Virus record (IMG/VR): IMGVR_UViG_3300031993_000012
Span: 96,001-160,000 of that record
Source of the DNA: a virus
Taxonomy: Duplodnaviria > Caudoviricetes
Strand: one strand, 5' to 3'
Length of the DNA stretch: 64,000 nt
Shown one piece after another: positions 35,754-46,318 of the stretch; the first letter of the stretch is position 1, and each line of letters starts with the position of its first letter. The position numbers and the translations under genes are program-made. The notes beneath the pieces are model-generated. The model worked only from the letters and a program-made list of their open reading frames with translations, did no database searches and had not been told where the DNA came from.

Positions 35754-37790
35754 ATGAATAAATTTGAACAATATTTGATCGATAATAGTATCGAAACAAT
35801 TGGCACACCACCACCGGATTTACGTAAAGAATTTCCGGAAGGTGCAGTATTATTCGATGTGCGTTATCGTAAACGTCCAAACGAATCATTCGAAGTGGTT
35901 TACTTAGACCCAGAAACAAAACGTTTGGAAGTTAAATATATTGCACCAATCGTCGATATATGGTTCACACGTGAAGATTATCGATATACATTAGATGGAT
36001 TCTGTGTTGATCAATATTTCCGTAATAAAATGCGTGAACAACATAAACCTGATGATGCATATCAAATGCCACAAATCAAAATCAAACATGCATATCGTGT
36101 ATTCTGTAAAGTTTCACAAATTCCGAAAATGATATATGAACATGCTGGAAATGCGAAAATGTATTCTGAAGATGGTTCACATCTGATTGATATGACATAT
36201 AAGGAATATTATGAACAGAATTGCGATGCACTTTATCATCCTGATTTCCAGAAACGTATGTGTCAGAATCCATGGTCATATAAATGTGATTTCCAACCAG
36301 ATGCATATTTCCGCATTCGTTGGTTACATGAATTCACAGATACTTGCGATGTGTCCAAGGTAACCGCGGGATTTATCGATATTGAGATCGATGTTATTGA
36401 TTATCAACCGGATCTTGGTAATCCGTATGATGTTCGTACGAATGTAAATACGGTTACATCAATATATCCACATGATAAAATCGTATATGTTGATTTGTTG
36501 GAACCGCGTAAAAAGTTAAATGGTAAAACACCGGAAGAACAAAAACATTTCGATGAATTATGTAAACAACAACAAATCGAATATGATTGGATTAAATCGC
36601 ATCAAGAAGAATTCATTCAAATGATTTTGGGTAATCCATCCAATAATAATTGTCCGGTTCATATTGATGCAGATGATGATAATCTGAAATATCTGGAAGG
36701 TTATGATGTCAAATTATTATTCTGGGAATCAGATAATAGAATATCATTTGGTGGTGCGGAAGCACGTTTAATCAATTCCGTATATGAACATGCAAACAAA
36801 CATCGACCAATGTTCGTATTCGCATGGAATGCACCATTCGATTTTAATTATCTTCCGAATCGTGCACAATGGTTGGGTTATGATCCAATTGATATCGTGG
36901 TTCCGCAAATATTCAAATCAAAAGAATATCGTTTCAGTAAAGATAACTCGGATAATTTCAGTATGAAAACAAACCGAGATTGGTTCTATGCATCAACATA
37001 TTCTCAATACTTATGTCAGGAACGTTTGTATGCAGCCATCAGAAAATCACAATCTGAAGAACCATCGTATCGTTTAAATGCAATTGGTAAAAAGGTTGCA
37101 AAGATTGAAAAGTTAACCGATACTAAGAGTGGTATATTCCGTGAGTTTGCATACACTGATTATATCAAATTCATATTATATAATATCCGTGACGTTGTTG
37201 TACAAGTTGCAATTGAAACCAAAGTAAACGATGCACAAACATTGTATTCACGTGCATATACATTCTCAACGGCGTATTCAAAATGTTTCCAAGAAACTCA
37301 CATTGTGCGTAATTCCAAAGACCAATTGTTTGAAGAATTCGGATATGTAATGTCGAATCGTGCGGTAATTGATCGTACAATTGATGGTGCATTCAAAGGA
37401 GCATATGTTGCAGATCCAGCAAAGAACAAACCAACTGGATTGGTTGCATCTGGACGTGCTTATAGTAGTATTATATATGGTGCGTCGGATTTGGATGCTG
37501 CAGCAATGTACCCGAATCAAAAGATGGCATATAATAAAGACAAATTGTCGTTGTTGTATAAATGTCGAATTGATAATGATTTATTCCGTAATAAATATTG
37601 TCACAATAATTCATATAATCAAGAATACATCTGGAAAGATTCTAAAGGAAATGAACATGAAGAGGATATGGCTGGACCAATCATGAATTCATTCAAGAAT
37701 CACAATTATATGTCATTGACATCCAATTGGTTTGGTGTACCGGTTATAACCGATATAATCCAATCGGTACGTAAAGAGTTAGTAATTTAA
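35754..37790 (+). CDS. family B DNA polymerase, N-terminal part (3'-5' exonuclease and motif A)
   Basis: DIEID (ExoI), WNAPFD (ExoII), YNIRD (ExoIII), GAYV..P, DLDAAAMYPN; motifs B and C absent. Confidence 0.85.
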   Translation: MNKFEQYLIDNSIETIGTPPPDLRKEFPEGAVLFDVRYRKRPNESFEVVYLDPETKRLEVKYIAPIVDIWFTREDYRYTLDGFCVDQYFRNKMREQHKPDDAYQMPQIKIKHAYRVFCKVSQIPKMIYEHAGNAKMYSEDGSHLIDMTYKEYYEQNCDALYHPDFQKRMCQNPWSYKCDFQPDAYFRIRWLHEFTDTCDVSKVTAGFIDIEIDVIDYQPDLGNPYDVRTNVNTVTSIYPHDKIVYVDLLEPRKKLNGKTPEEQKHFDELCKQQQIEYDWIKSHQEEFIQMILGNPSNNNCPVHIDADDDNLKYLEGYDVKLLFWESDNRISFGGAEARLINSVYEHANKHRPMFVFAWNAPFDFNYLPNRAQWLGYDPIDIVVPQIFKSKEYRFSKDNSDNFSMKTNRDWFYASTYSQYLCQERLYAAIRKSQSEEPSYRLNAIGKKVAKIEKLTDTKSGIFREFAYTDYIKFILYNIRDVVVQVAIETKVNDAQTLYSRAYTFSTAYSKCFQETHIVRNSKDQLFEEFGYVMSNRAVIDRTIDGAFKGAYVADPAKNKPTGLVASGRAYSSIIYGASDLDAAAMYPNQKMAYNKDKLSLLYKCRIDNDLFRNKYCHNNSYNQEYIWKDSKGNEHEEDMAGPIMNSFKNHNYMSLTSNWFGVPVITDIIQSVRKELVI

Positions 37791-37885
37791 TCGATGAATG
37801 GCGGGAATTCCCGCCATTCGTGATATATATTATATATGAGGCAACAGGTATGTAGCTTTTTAAATATAGGAGGTTGTATAACACA

Positions 37886-40198
37886 ATGAATGGCGATTTA
37901 TATGTACCGATTAAAGATGAAGAATACGGAAATCCAAATATGACTCAATCTGATTTTGGTGAATTAGCAAAACGATATTATTGTTTATATGGTATCAATG
38001 TCAATTTAGCCAGAGCAATTCCAGCATTGGTTGATGGTTTGAAACCAATCCATCGTCGTATATTGTATACCGTTTATAATAATTATCGTAAAGAACAATT
38101 CACTGTTGGTTCTGCAGTTGGTGATGTATTACACTTATCGCCCCATGGCGATCTTGGCTTAAGCCAGGTATTTGCATCAATGGCACAAGATTTCTCAAAT
38201 AATGTACCATATCTGGATACATCAGATGGTGGTAACTCAGGTAATGCGGTTAATGGTAACGATGCAGCGTCACCAAGATATCTTCAAATGAATGTATCTG
38301 AGTTCACGTTAGATGTATTCTTCAGCGAGTTTGATAAAAAGGTTAACATGATTCCATCATATGATGGTAAAACCGTTGAACCAGTTTCATTACCCGCAAA
38401 GATACCAACGATTCTGTTGAATGGTAGTTGTGGTATTGGTTTAGGATATGCAACTGATATTCCACCATATAATCTGAATGAAGTAATTAATGCGACAATC
38501 AAGTTGATTAAGAATCCAGATGCAAAGATTAAATTGATTCCAGATTCACCAACCGGATGTGATATTATCATTCTTGATAATGAACATTTCATGTTCCAAT
38601 CATCATTTGAAATTGATAATCGTAATTATGAAATCATTTTCAAGAATACTCCATATGGTGAATATTTGGATGACATCAGAGATCGTTTGAATGAAATCCA
38701 GGATTCGACAAATCCGATTCCGGAAATATTATCTGGTGATGATGAATCTCAATTGATTGAAGGTAAAATCAGATACGTAGTTAGATGTAGACCATGTAAC
38801 CTTTATCAGGTTTTGAATAAACTGTTTAAACGTGTATCCGGTTTCCGTAGTAACGTTTCATCGACAAACATGTTAGTCGTTGAACCCAATTTCAAAATGA
38901 AAGACATGAATGTCAAACAGATATTATTGTCATGGATAAATAATCGTGTAATGGAAAAACGTGCATGGTTACAACGTCAATTGATTATGCAGACACAACT
39001 GTTCAATCAGAATGTTGGTAAAGCATTTATGTTATCACCAAAGAATCTGAATACCACTATCAAATTATGTCGTCAAGGCAGTGATGAAGAAGAAACCATT
39101 CAGTTATTGGTTAAACATTATAAACCTGATGTATCATCATCACAGGCGAAGTTAGTTGCAGAAGTTCCATTACATAAATTATCCATTAAACGTTACGAAG
39201 AAACAGTTGCAGAAATCAATAAAATCAAAACTGAAATTGAACGTTTACGCAATATCATATCCACACCGGAGAATATCAAAGATGAAATCATCAAAGATAT
39301 GGAAAAGATAAAAGAAAAATATGGATATCCACGTCGTAGTACAATACTTAATACTGGTGAAAAGGAAGTTGTCAATGTTGGTGTTGTTCAAACATTAACC
39401 GACGGAAGTGTAATATTCTCTGAAACTGAGAATCCTGAGCATTTGTCATCTGATGTAATTCCAATCAATGGTACAGCTGTATGTTTGATTGATGATAAAG
39501 CAGGATATGTTTGGGTTGATACAACAAAAGTTCCACATGATAAACCAATCACAATGACATCAGTTGGTCGTGGTGGTGCCATGGGAAAATGTATATCAGT
39601 TGTATCAAATCCATCAAACAATATTGTGTTGTTATCCAATAGAGGCAGAATCAAGTATATGCCAATATCCAGAATACCTTCTAATACTGCAAGGAAACCG
39701 TTGGTGAAATTGGATAATGATGAATATATTGTATCTGCGTTAGAGGTTCCAGATGCATTAACGGATATATTGATATACACAAATGATGGTCAGGGCAAGC
39801 GTATCCAGACAACTGATTTGAATAAAGTAATGTCAGTTGATGCAAATGGACAGTTCATTATAAATGGATATGAAGTTGCAGGAATGTTCTGTGTTAATTC
39901 GAATAAACCATTCTTGGCATATGTAACGAAACTCGGGAGAATTAGAATCAATCATTCGAAATTCTTAACAGCAACCAAGAAGTTTGGTGAATGCAAACCA
40001 ATAATCAAACTGTCACCACAAGATGATTTAGCAGCTGTATTTTGCGTTGATAAATCGCAGAAGTTGACATTACATCATGCCGACAGTAGAGTATCTACAG
40101 TTAACATTGAATCATTACCAGTATTAACAATGGCAGCTCCGCCAGAAAGACCAAAACACGTATATGGAGTTAAAGTTGTACGTGTAACATTGCAATGA
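37886..40198 (+). CDS. gyrA: type II topoisomerase subunit A (GyrA/ParC)
   Basis: DGLKPIHRRILY, PHGD, AASPRY catalytic Tyr, IPPYNLNEV, beta-pinwheel-like C-terminus. Confidence 0.9.
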   Translation: MNGDLYVPIKDEEYGNPNMTQSDFGELAKRYYCLYGINVNLARAIPALVDGLKPIHRRILYTVYNNYRKEQFTVGSAVGDVLHLSPHGDLGLSQVFASMAQDFSNNVPYLDTSDGGNSGNAVNGNDAASPRYLQMNVSEFTLDVFFSEFDKKVNMIPSYDGKTVEPVSLPAKIPTILLNGSCGIGLGYATDIPPYNLNEVINATIKLIKNPDAKIKLIPDSPTGCDIIILDNEHFMFQSSFEIDNRNYEIIFKNTPYGEYLDDIRDRLNEIQDSTNPIPEILSGDDESQLIEGKIRYVVRCRPCNLYQVLNKLFKRVSGFRSNVSSTNMLVVEPNFKMKDMNVKQILLSWINNRVMEKRAWLQRQLIMQTQLFNQNVGKAFMLSPKNLNTTIKLCRQGSDEEETIQLLVKHYKPDVSSSQAKLVAEVPLHKLSIKRYEETVAEINKIKTEIERLRNIISTPENIKDEIIKDMEKIKEKYGYPRRSTILNTGEKEVVNVGVVQTLTDGSVIFSETENPEHLSSDVIPINGTAVCLIDDKAGYVWVDTTKVPHDKPITMTSVGRGGAMGKCISVVSNPSNNIVLLSNRGRIKYMPISRIPSNTARKPLVKLDNDEYIVSALEVPDALTDILIYTNDGQGKRIQTTDLNKVMSVDANGQFIINGYEVAGMFCVNSNKPFLAYVTKLGRIRINHSKFLTATKKFGECKPIIKLSPQDDLAAVFCVDKSQKLTLHHADSRVSTVNIESLPVLTMAAPPERPKHVYGVKVVRVTLQ

Positions 40199-40242
40199 TT
40201 ATAATGGGGAGAAATTCTCCCCATTAAATTTTATAAAGAAGG

Positions 40243-40464
40243 ATGGAATGTATCATGAGTATTTTTAAGAAGAAACCCTCGACAAACACAATCACAACAG
40301 AAGGAGAAACCAAACAGTTGACATTGTATTCGTATCTGATATACAATCGTGCGGAAAATAAGTTTACTGGAAGTATTAAACTTACAGAAGACCAAGCCCA
40401 AGAATTGAATATGCAGATGAAATATAACAATGTTGACAATCTTATATCTTTCATAAGGAGCTGA
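40243..40464 (+). CDS. hypothetical protein
   Basis: small ORF with AAGGA RBS. Confidence 0.55.
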   Translation: MECIMSIFKKKPSTNTITTEGETKQLTLYSYLIYNRAENKFTGSIKLTEDQAQELNMQMKYNNVDNLISFIRS

Positions 40465-40468
40465 TATT

Positions 40469-40720
40469 ATGAAACAACAAATCATTGATATGGGGATAAA
40501 ATATAATGTAAAGGTATTTGAGTATAATGACAATCTTGATGAACGCCAGAATCTCAGAAGTCTCATACATCTGTTATTTGCAATGAATCGTGATACTGAT
40601 TTTGGTACATATTCATTCGGTACGATTTATGGAAAACTCTCTGAGGAACAGATTGCTGATATACAAAAAATTGATATGGGGATAATGATTAAGAATGATA
40701 TAGATCATTATATAAAATAA
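40469..40720 (+). CDS. hypothetical protein, paralog of next gene
   Basis: KYNV...L-x-x-x-QI-x-DI-x-KID shared. Confidence 0.65.
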   Translation: MKQQIIDMGIKYNVKVFEYNDNLDERQNLRSLIHLLFAMNRDTDFGTYSFGTIYGKLSEEQIADIQKIDMGIMIKNDIDHYIK

Positions 40721-40734
40721 TAAAAATAAATGGA

Positions 40735-41043
40735 ATGGAATTGATTAGTATGGATGAAAAAAGATCGAGTCGTCTCATAGGCAAAATGACGACAATTGCA
40801 TTACTTGCAAAGAAATATAATGTTGTATATACACCGTTGGAAGATCCTAATAGTACATTATCACATGTAATCAAATTGATTAACCAACGGAATTTGTATA
40901 TGGAAGAACCAATGAAATGTGTTGAAGTTTTATTCCCTTCAGCATACAAAATGAAACCTCTCACTGTATTACTGACAGATTGTCAAATCAAAGATATAAA
41001 AAAGATTGATGATCGGTTGTTGTTAGAAGAAAGAAGTGATTGA
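40735..41043 (+). CDS. hypothetical protein, paralog of previous gene
   Basis: shared motifs. Confidence 0.65.
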   Translation: MELISMDEKRSSRLIGKMTTIALLAKKYNVVYTPLEDPNSTLSHVIKLINQRNLYMEEPMKCVEVLFPSAYKMKPLTVLLTDCQIKDIKKIDDRLLLEERSD

Positions 41044-43525
41044 TATTAAGTATAAAATTATTATTCGGAACACATGCGTTGTTGTCACTCCAGGTGAAGA
41101 TGCAATGGAACGTTTAGGTCCGATAGTAAACACATTGACATATGAAGATGAGTTTGTTGAAGAAACAATAACTCTTGGAATTATGTTGGATAAATCATCG
41201 AATGAACTGTATATTCACAAAGGAATCGATATACCATTCTTGAAGAAATTATTAATCAATTGCGATGTTGAATATGATATTGATTACGAAGGTGAAGATA
41301 TGGATTTCCAATTTGAGGAACTGATATCACCACGTAATGAAGAACAGAAAGACGTTATTGATTTCATTGCAGGAGAAAATGATTTTGTGGACAACCGAGA
41401 TGATTCTCGGTTGTTCGTTGTGAAAAAACCCGGATTTGGCAAAATGCAACCATTCTTTGCAAAGATTGCAACTCCAAAAGGATATGTCAAAATGGCGGAT
41501 ATTCGTCCCGGTAGTATCATATTTGACAACGGCGGTTTTGAATGTAAAGTATTGAAAACATTTGACCATGGTCCACAGAAAGTATATAAAGTAACTTTTT
41601 CAGATGGACGAGAAACGTATTGTGGTGATGAACATCTTTGGCGTGTAAAAGGAGATGGTGAATGGCATATCAAACCATTGTATGAAATTCGTAATTCATA
41701 TATGTCATACATGACACGTTGTAAATATCGATATGAGATTCCAAAGAATGGTTATATTGATTACCCATGGATCCCACAAAGAGTTGATACATTCACATAT
41801 GGAATTTGTATTGGTTTGGCAAATCATAATAAGAAACATTTGACATTCGATATCGAATATTATCAACTTGATAAAGTTCAATCGATTGTATTGGATTTAT
41901 GCAATATAAACGATTGGGAATATCGATTTGAAAATAATTCATTTGAGTTTCTTGATGAACATGGTCGTTATATTAATCATGATGATATATTCTACAAAGG
42001 TATTGATTCAATTCCGAATGAGATGAAGTATTCACGTTCACGTTTAGAATTACTTGGTGGAATACTTGAATCAATGGTATGGGCTAACAATGCAAGAGTT
42101 ATCTCATCAACCCAGAAAGCATTATTGAATGACATCATTGATATATTCCGTTCATGTCAATGCTATGCTAAATTAAAACTGAGTAAATACAGCAATGTTT
42201 GCAGTATTGAATTTGGTTTAAATACACACGTATTAATGGAAACATGTGAAGATTGTCGTAAGTATTTCAAACGTTGGTGGAATACATATACCAAACGTAA
42301 TAAAGAACCAATCTACATCAAAGACATTAAAGAATTTGGTACATATCAATGTAGATGTATTCAAGTTGATTCTTCTGATAAGTTATATCTGACAGATGAT
42401 TATATCGTTACACATAATACATATTGTACTGGATATGGAATTGGTTTGTATAAAAAGAAAGCATTGATAATAATGCATCGTGATACATTACGTGTACAAT
42501 GGAATGAATCGTTATTCATGATGAATGGATTCGATCATCAACATGTACATGAAATCGAAAAAACCGAAGAATTATATAACATCGCAATTGGTAACTATGA
42601 CGAAGAGTACGACGTGTATTTGATTACACATGCAACATTCCGTGCGGGATTAAAACGAATTGGTGATTTGAAAATCGCACAGAATATTATTAAGAATCTT
42701 GGTATTGGTATCAAAGTAATCGATGAAGCTCACTTGGAATTCAAAGATATATTGTTGATTGATGCTGTATGTAATGTAAAACGTAATATTTATCTTACTG
42801 CAACACCTGGTAGATCACAACGTGAAGAAAACCGAATATATTGGAATGTATTTAAATCCGCAACCTTCTATGAATCATCAAATGAACTTAATAACAATAT
42901 TCCAGATAAATGGATGAACTACGTTACAGTGAAACTCGATTCACAATGTCGTCCAAATATTTATCGTTATCAAGTTACCCGTGGTAAAGGTATGAGTCCA
43001 GCATCATACGGTAAATGGGTAATTGCATATGATAAAAAGAAACGTCATTTCAAGTGTTGCAAAGAGATAGTAATGGAGTGTTTTAAACGAGATTCAAATG
43101 CGAAAGTATTAATATTAATACCATTGATTGCGTTATGTGATTCATTAATGGATTTTCTAATTGAAGAATTGGATAAAGAAGATGAATTCAAATATGCATT
43201 ATCAATTCGAACCATTAATTCCAATAACAGTAAATCTGATAATGAATATAATAAGAAAGCAGATGTAATAATATCTACATTAGGTAGTATGGGTGTTGGT
43301 ACTGATGTTAAAGGATTAACTGACATAATTAACATGACTCCATATTGTAGTAAACTTACAGCTGAACAATCGTTAGGACGTGTTCGTTATGCCGGTAAAC
43401 CCGGACACTACTATGATGTCGTCGATACATCTGTACCAATGGATACGTTCTGGTGGCGTGCTCGTTCTAAAACATTAAAACGTTTATCGATGTCGCATTC
43501 CGAGTTATATTGGCATGAAGAATAA
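41036..43525 (+). CDS. superfamily 2 (DEAH, UvsW-like) helicase containing an intein
   Basis: Walker A PGFGK|T after splicing, IDEAH, LTATPGR, QSLGRVR. Confidence 0.85.
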   Translation: MIDIKYKIIIRNTCVVVTPGEDAMERLGPIVNTLTYEDEFVEETITLGIMLDKSSNELYIHKGIDIPFLKKLLINCDVEYDIDYEGEDMDFQFEELISPRNEEQKDVIDFIAGENDFVDNRDDSRLFVVKKPGFGKMQPFFAKIATPKGYVKMADIRPGSIIFDNGGFECKVLKTFDHGPQKVYKVTFSDGRETYCGDEHLWRVKGDGEWHIKPLYEIRNSYMSYMTRCKYRYEIPKNGYIDYPWIPQRVDTFTYGICIGLANHNKKHLTFDIEYYQLDKVQSIVLDLCNINDWEYRFENNSFEFLDEHGRYINHDDIFYKGIDSIPNEMKYSRSRLELLGGILESMVWANNARVISSTQKALLNDIIDIFRSCQCYAKLKLSKYSNVCSIEFGLNTHVLMETCEDCRKYFKRWWNTYTKRNKEPIYIKDIKEFGTYQCRCIQVDSSDKLYLTDDYIVTHNTYCTGYGIGLYKKKALIIMHRDTLRVQWNESLFMMNGFDHQHVHEIEKTEELYNIAIGNYDEEYDVYLITHATFRAGLKRIGDLKIAQNIIKNLGIGIKVIDEAHLEFKDILLIDAVCNVKRNIYLTATPGRSQREENRIYWNVFKSATFYESSNELNNNIPDKWMNYVTVKLDSQCRPNIYRYQVTRGKGMSPASYGKWVIAYDKKKRHFKCCKEIVMECFKRDSNAKVLILIPLIALCDSLMDFLIEELDKEDEFKYALSIRTINSNNSKSDNEYNKKADVIISTLGSMGVGTDVKGLTDIINMTPYCSKLTAEQSLGRVRYAGKPGHYYDVVDTSVPMDTFWWRARSKTLKRLSMSHSELYWHEE
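41444..42418 (+). mobile_element. class 3 intein (325 aa, Met1) with degenerate LAGLIDADG region
   Basis: starts MQP after GK; DEHLW, CRCIQVD, VTHN|T. Confidence 0.85.
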
Positions 43526-43575
43526 CCTTGTTATATATCTATAATTTCAAAAAACGATATATATATCATTATTAT

Positions 43576-43702
43576 GGTCTGAGGAAAAGATGTTTTCATA
43601 TATACGGACTGGTAAGTCAACCTTGGTACGCAAAGGCACTTATCAGAAAATATATATGAAACTCCGTATCTGATGACCGTCGGCATTTGTACCCAAGATG
43701 CC
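43576..43702 (+). ncRNA. putative structured 5' leader
   Basis: nested stems GGTC/GACC, TTTCATATATA/TATATATGAAA, CTGGTAAGT/ACTTATCAG, CCTT/AAGG, directly after an early promoter motif. Confidence 0.45.
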
Positions 43703-43746
43703 ATCCCAACAAAATTTTCAATACACATAAAAGGATGGTAATTAAA

Positions 43747-44487
43747 ATGAAAAAGGTTAATGTTAAAGTTTATCTGGAATTCATCGCATTGGTACTTATG
43801 ACAATCTCATTTGTCAGCGGTTGTTGCAAAGTTGGAAAAGGAGCAAGAATTCATGTGACTGACGAATTGGTCAAGAGTGAAGCTAATGTTCCGTATCCTG
43901 TTATTGCAACAGCATTAAGTACCTCGGTTGTACAGATAACTTACACTACCGAGGGTACATTCGGTATTCAGACAACAGAAACATCAGTAGAAGAATTAAG
44001 TGAAACTACTACTGAGGTTCAAGAAGCAGAGAATATCGCTGTACCTATTTCATACGCCGATCACACGAATATCGAGAATGACATGAATGTCGACGTTACG
44101 GAAATGTCATTCGAACCTAACGACTATGGATACTATCCATCTGTAGCAAATGGCTACATAACAGAAGAGGAACGTATATTCCTCTGTAACACGGTTGGAA
44201 CCGAATGGGGTTCTGATTGGGTAAGCTTGTACGATAAAGCAATGGTGGTCGATACTGTAATGACCAGAGTCGAGGAAGGCTGTTGGACAAACGGACTGGA
44301 ATCAACTGTTTACAACGTATTGACTGCTCCTAATCAATATAACCCCGAATATGCAGAGCCGTGGTATCACGATAACGTGACACAGTCATGCATTGATGCT
44401 GTGGAGTATTACTTCCAGCATCGCGATGATTTTCCGCATTACACATCTTTCTACGGAGATGGTGTGGAGAATCATTTCTATAACTAA
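43747..44487 (+). CDS. SleB/Hydrolase_2-like cell-wall hydrolase, probable lipoprotein
   Basis: signal ending VSG-C; LCNTVGTEWG, VVDTVMTRV, VLTAPNQY, NHFY. Confidence 0.7.
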   Translation: MKKVNVKVYLEFIALVLMTISFVSGCCKVGKGARIHVTDELVKSEANVPYPVIATALSTSVVQITYTTEGTFGIQTTETSVEELSETTTEVQEAENIAVPISYADHTNIENDMNVDVTEMSFEPNDYGYYPSVANGYITEEERIFLCNTVGTEWGSDWVSLYDKAMVVDTVMTRVEEGCWTNGLESTVYNVLTAPNQYNPEYAEPWYHDNVTQSCIDAVEYYFQHRDDFPHYTSFYGDGVENHFYN

Positions 44488-44507
44488 ATGATGAAGGGAG
44501 ATATACC

Positions 44508-44735
44508 ATGAAAAAGGGAGAGCAGATCTATCTGGTAATAATCGATTGTTCGCGAGTTAGCATTCTCACAATCGACCAAACGCCATTGAAAGTAACACGG
44601 TCGCAAAGGAATACGTTGATGAATTGGAAAAGCGAAACTTACATAACAGATGTAATCAAAGCGTTTTCAAATGACAACATACTACATCCGAAATTCTCTG
44701 TCGTACAAGACGGAGAAACTGTGTTCGAAAGATAA
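44508..44735 (+). CDS. hypothetical protein
   Basis: AAGGGAG RBS. Confidence 0.6.
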   Translation: MKKGEQIYLVIIDCSRVSILTIDQTPLKVTRSQRNTLMNWKSETYITDVIKAFSNDNILHPKFSVVQDGETVFER

Positions 44736-44746
44736 GCTTAGAGTAT

Positions 44747-44767
44747 ACCCGGGCTATATGCCCGGGT
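44747..44767. terminator. bidirectional hairpin, inverted copy of 8050-8070
   Basis: between convergent genes. Confidence 0.75.
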
Positions 44768-44782
44768 GTCTCGATCTCTTTA

Positions 44783-45190
44783 TCATGGTATATCGATGTC
44801 ATCGATGATATGGGTCTCATCAGGCTCTTTTGGGTGATCATCGGTGGCGATTTCATCGAACTCAATCAAAGGAAACTCATTAGTTGAAGGGACATCTTCA
44901 TCTGACTGGTTTCCTTTTTTGTTGAGTTGTTTACCAACTTGATTAATACCACATGCACCAGCACCAGAAGATATTCCGATGAATACCGCTTCAATGATAT
45001 TGTTACCCATTTCAACATCAGTGAAATAGTATCCACATACAGAAAGTATTATACCATACACAATCGCAAAGATTGGTAAGTAGTATGATATATCCTTTTT
45101 GAATAATGATGCTATATAACGTGTGGTAGAAACAAGAATGGTTACAAATGTCGATAACGTAATAATTGAGAATTCTAACATATAAATCAC
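44783..45190 (-). CDS. holin-like membrane protein
   Basis: three hydrophobic segments; YLPIFAIVYG and GISSGAGACGINQVGKQL resemble Firmicute phage holins. Confidence 0.7.
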   Translation of the reverse strand: MIYMLEFSIITLSTFVTILVSTTRYIASLFKKDISYYLPIFAIVYGIILSVCGYYFTDVEMGNNIIEAVFIGISSGAGACGINQVGKQLNKKGNQSDEDVPSTNEFPLIEFDEIATDDHPKEPDETHIIDDIDIP

Positions 45191-45256
45191 TCCTTATATA
45201 TTTGGACGGTTGTCCATTACTATAGGGTACTTATATTATCAAAGGAGGAAATTCAT

Positions 45257-46285
45257 ATGAATAGCAAATTACTTGTAGTTCATCATACTGATGCAGATGG
45301 TCATTGTGCTGCTGCATTGGTTAAGTACGAACTTGCAGGACCAGCGTATACTGAGTATTATGCATATAATTACGCTGGTGAAATCAAATGCGATGTTGAT
45401 CCAAGTACAATGGTGTATTTGGTTGATATATCAATGAATGATGATGTTGAAACATTCATCAAACATTGTATTGATATCAAATGTAAAATTGTACATATCG
45501 ATCATCATAAAACATCGGTTGATTATTATAAGGAAAACAAAATCGATGATCCGAATTGGGTATATTTCGTACATGATGAAAATGATGAACGTAATGGAGC
45601 CATCAGCGGTTGTCTGCTTACATTCATATATTCATGTATGAATTCGGATAAACGTCAGCATCCAATGGACGTTGATTTTGATTTGACTGAAATGCGTGAT
45701 CATCTAATATTTGATGGTAATACCGATAAAGAGTATCGTGTACCATTCATCGTACGGTTGATTGATGACCATGATGTATGGCGTCATAAAATGAATGAAA
45801 CGAAACCTTTCTCATATGCATATAAGAGAATGCCAAAAGAGTTCACAGATCCAGAAAACGAAGATTTGTGGGAGGCAATATACAACGATAACCATCGTGT
45901 TATCTTCCAAGCCATCCAATCCGGTGAACGTTATATCGAAGATGAAAATGAAAGAAATGCAATACTCCGTAGTATTGGTGGTTTTGAATCCGACATATTT
46001 GAAAACCATTGTTATTGTATGAATTCATTGACTGCTGGCAGTGATCAGTTTGGTGACGAATATGACAATCATGACATGGTTTGTAGATTCGCATATAATG
46101 GTAAGGGCTGGTCGTATTCATTATACAGTAGCAATCCAACTGTTGATTGTTCTGAGATTGCCAAGAAATACGGCGGTGGTGGTCACCGTGGTGCCGCAGG
46201 ATTCAAATTGGATTACAGTATCTTCGGTAGTCAACCTCCAAAGAAATCAATCTGGCAAAAGATCAAAGATTTCTTTATACATTAA
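45257..46285 (+). CDS. DHH/DHHA1 phosphoesterase
   Basis: HTDADG, VDIS, IDHH, GGGGHRGAAGF. Confidence 0.9.
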   Translation: MNSKLLVVHHTDADGHCAAALVKYELAGPAYTEYYAYNYAGEIKCDVDPSTMVYLVDISMNDDVETFIKHCIDIKCKIVHIDHHKTSVDYYKENKIDDPNWVYFVHDENDERNGAISGCLLTFIYSCMNSDKRQHPMDVDFDLTEMRDHLIFDGNTDKEYRVPFIVRLIDDHDVWRHKMNETKPFSYAYKRMPKEFTDPENEDLWEAIYNDNHRVIFQAIQSGERYIEDENERNAILRSIGGFESDIFENHCYCMNSLTAGSDQFGDEYDNHDMVCRFAYNGKGWSYSLYSSNPTVDCSEIAKKYGGGGHRGAAGFKLDYSIFGSQPPKKSIWQKIKDFFIH

Positions 46286-46289
46286 TAAA

Positions 46290-46313
46290 TATCCCCCGGA
46301 TATCCGGGGGATA
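46290..46313. terminator. bidirectional palindrome TATCCCCCGGATATCCGGGGGATA
   Basis: between convergent genes. Confidence 0.75.
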
Positions 46314-46318
46314 CAATA

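Noticed and set aside
43576-43702. Hammerhead ribozyme or c-di-GMP/c-di-AMP riboswitch
   Set aside because: CTGAGGA, CTGATGA and GAAAC occur, but I could not build the three stems in the required order; riboswitch consensus blocks are not matched
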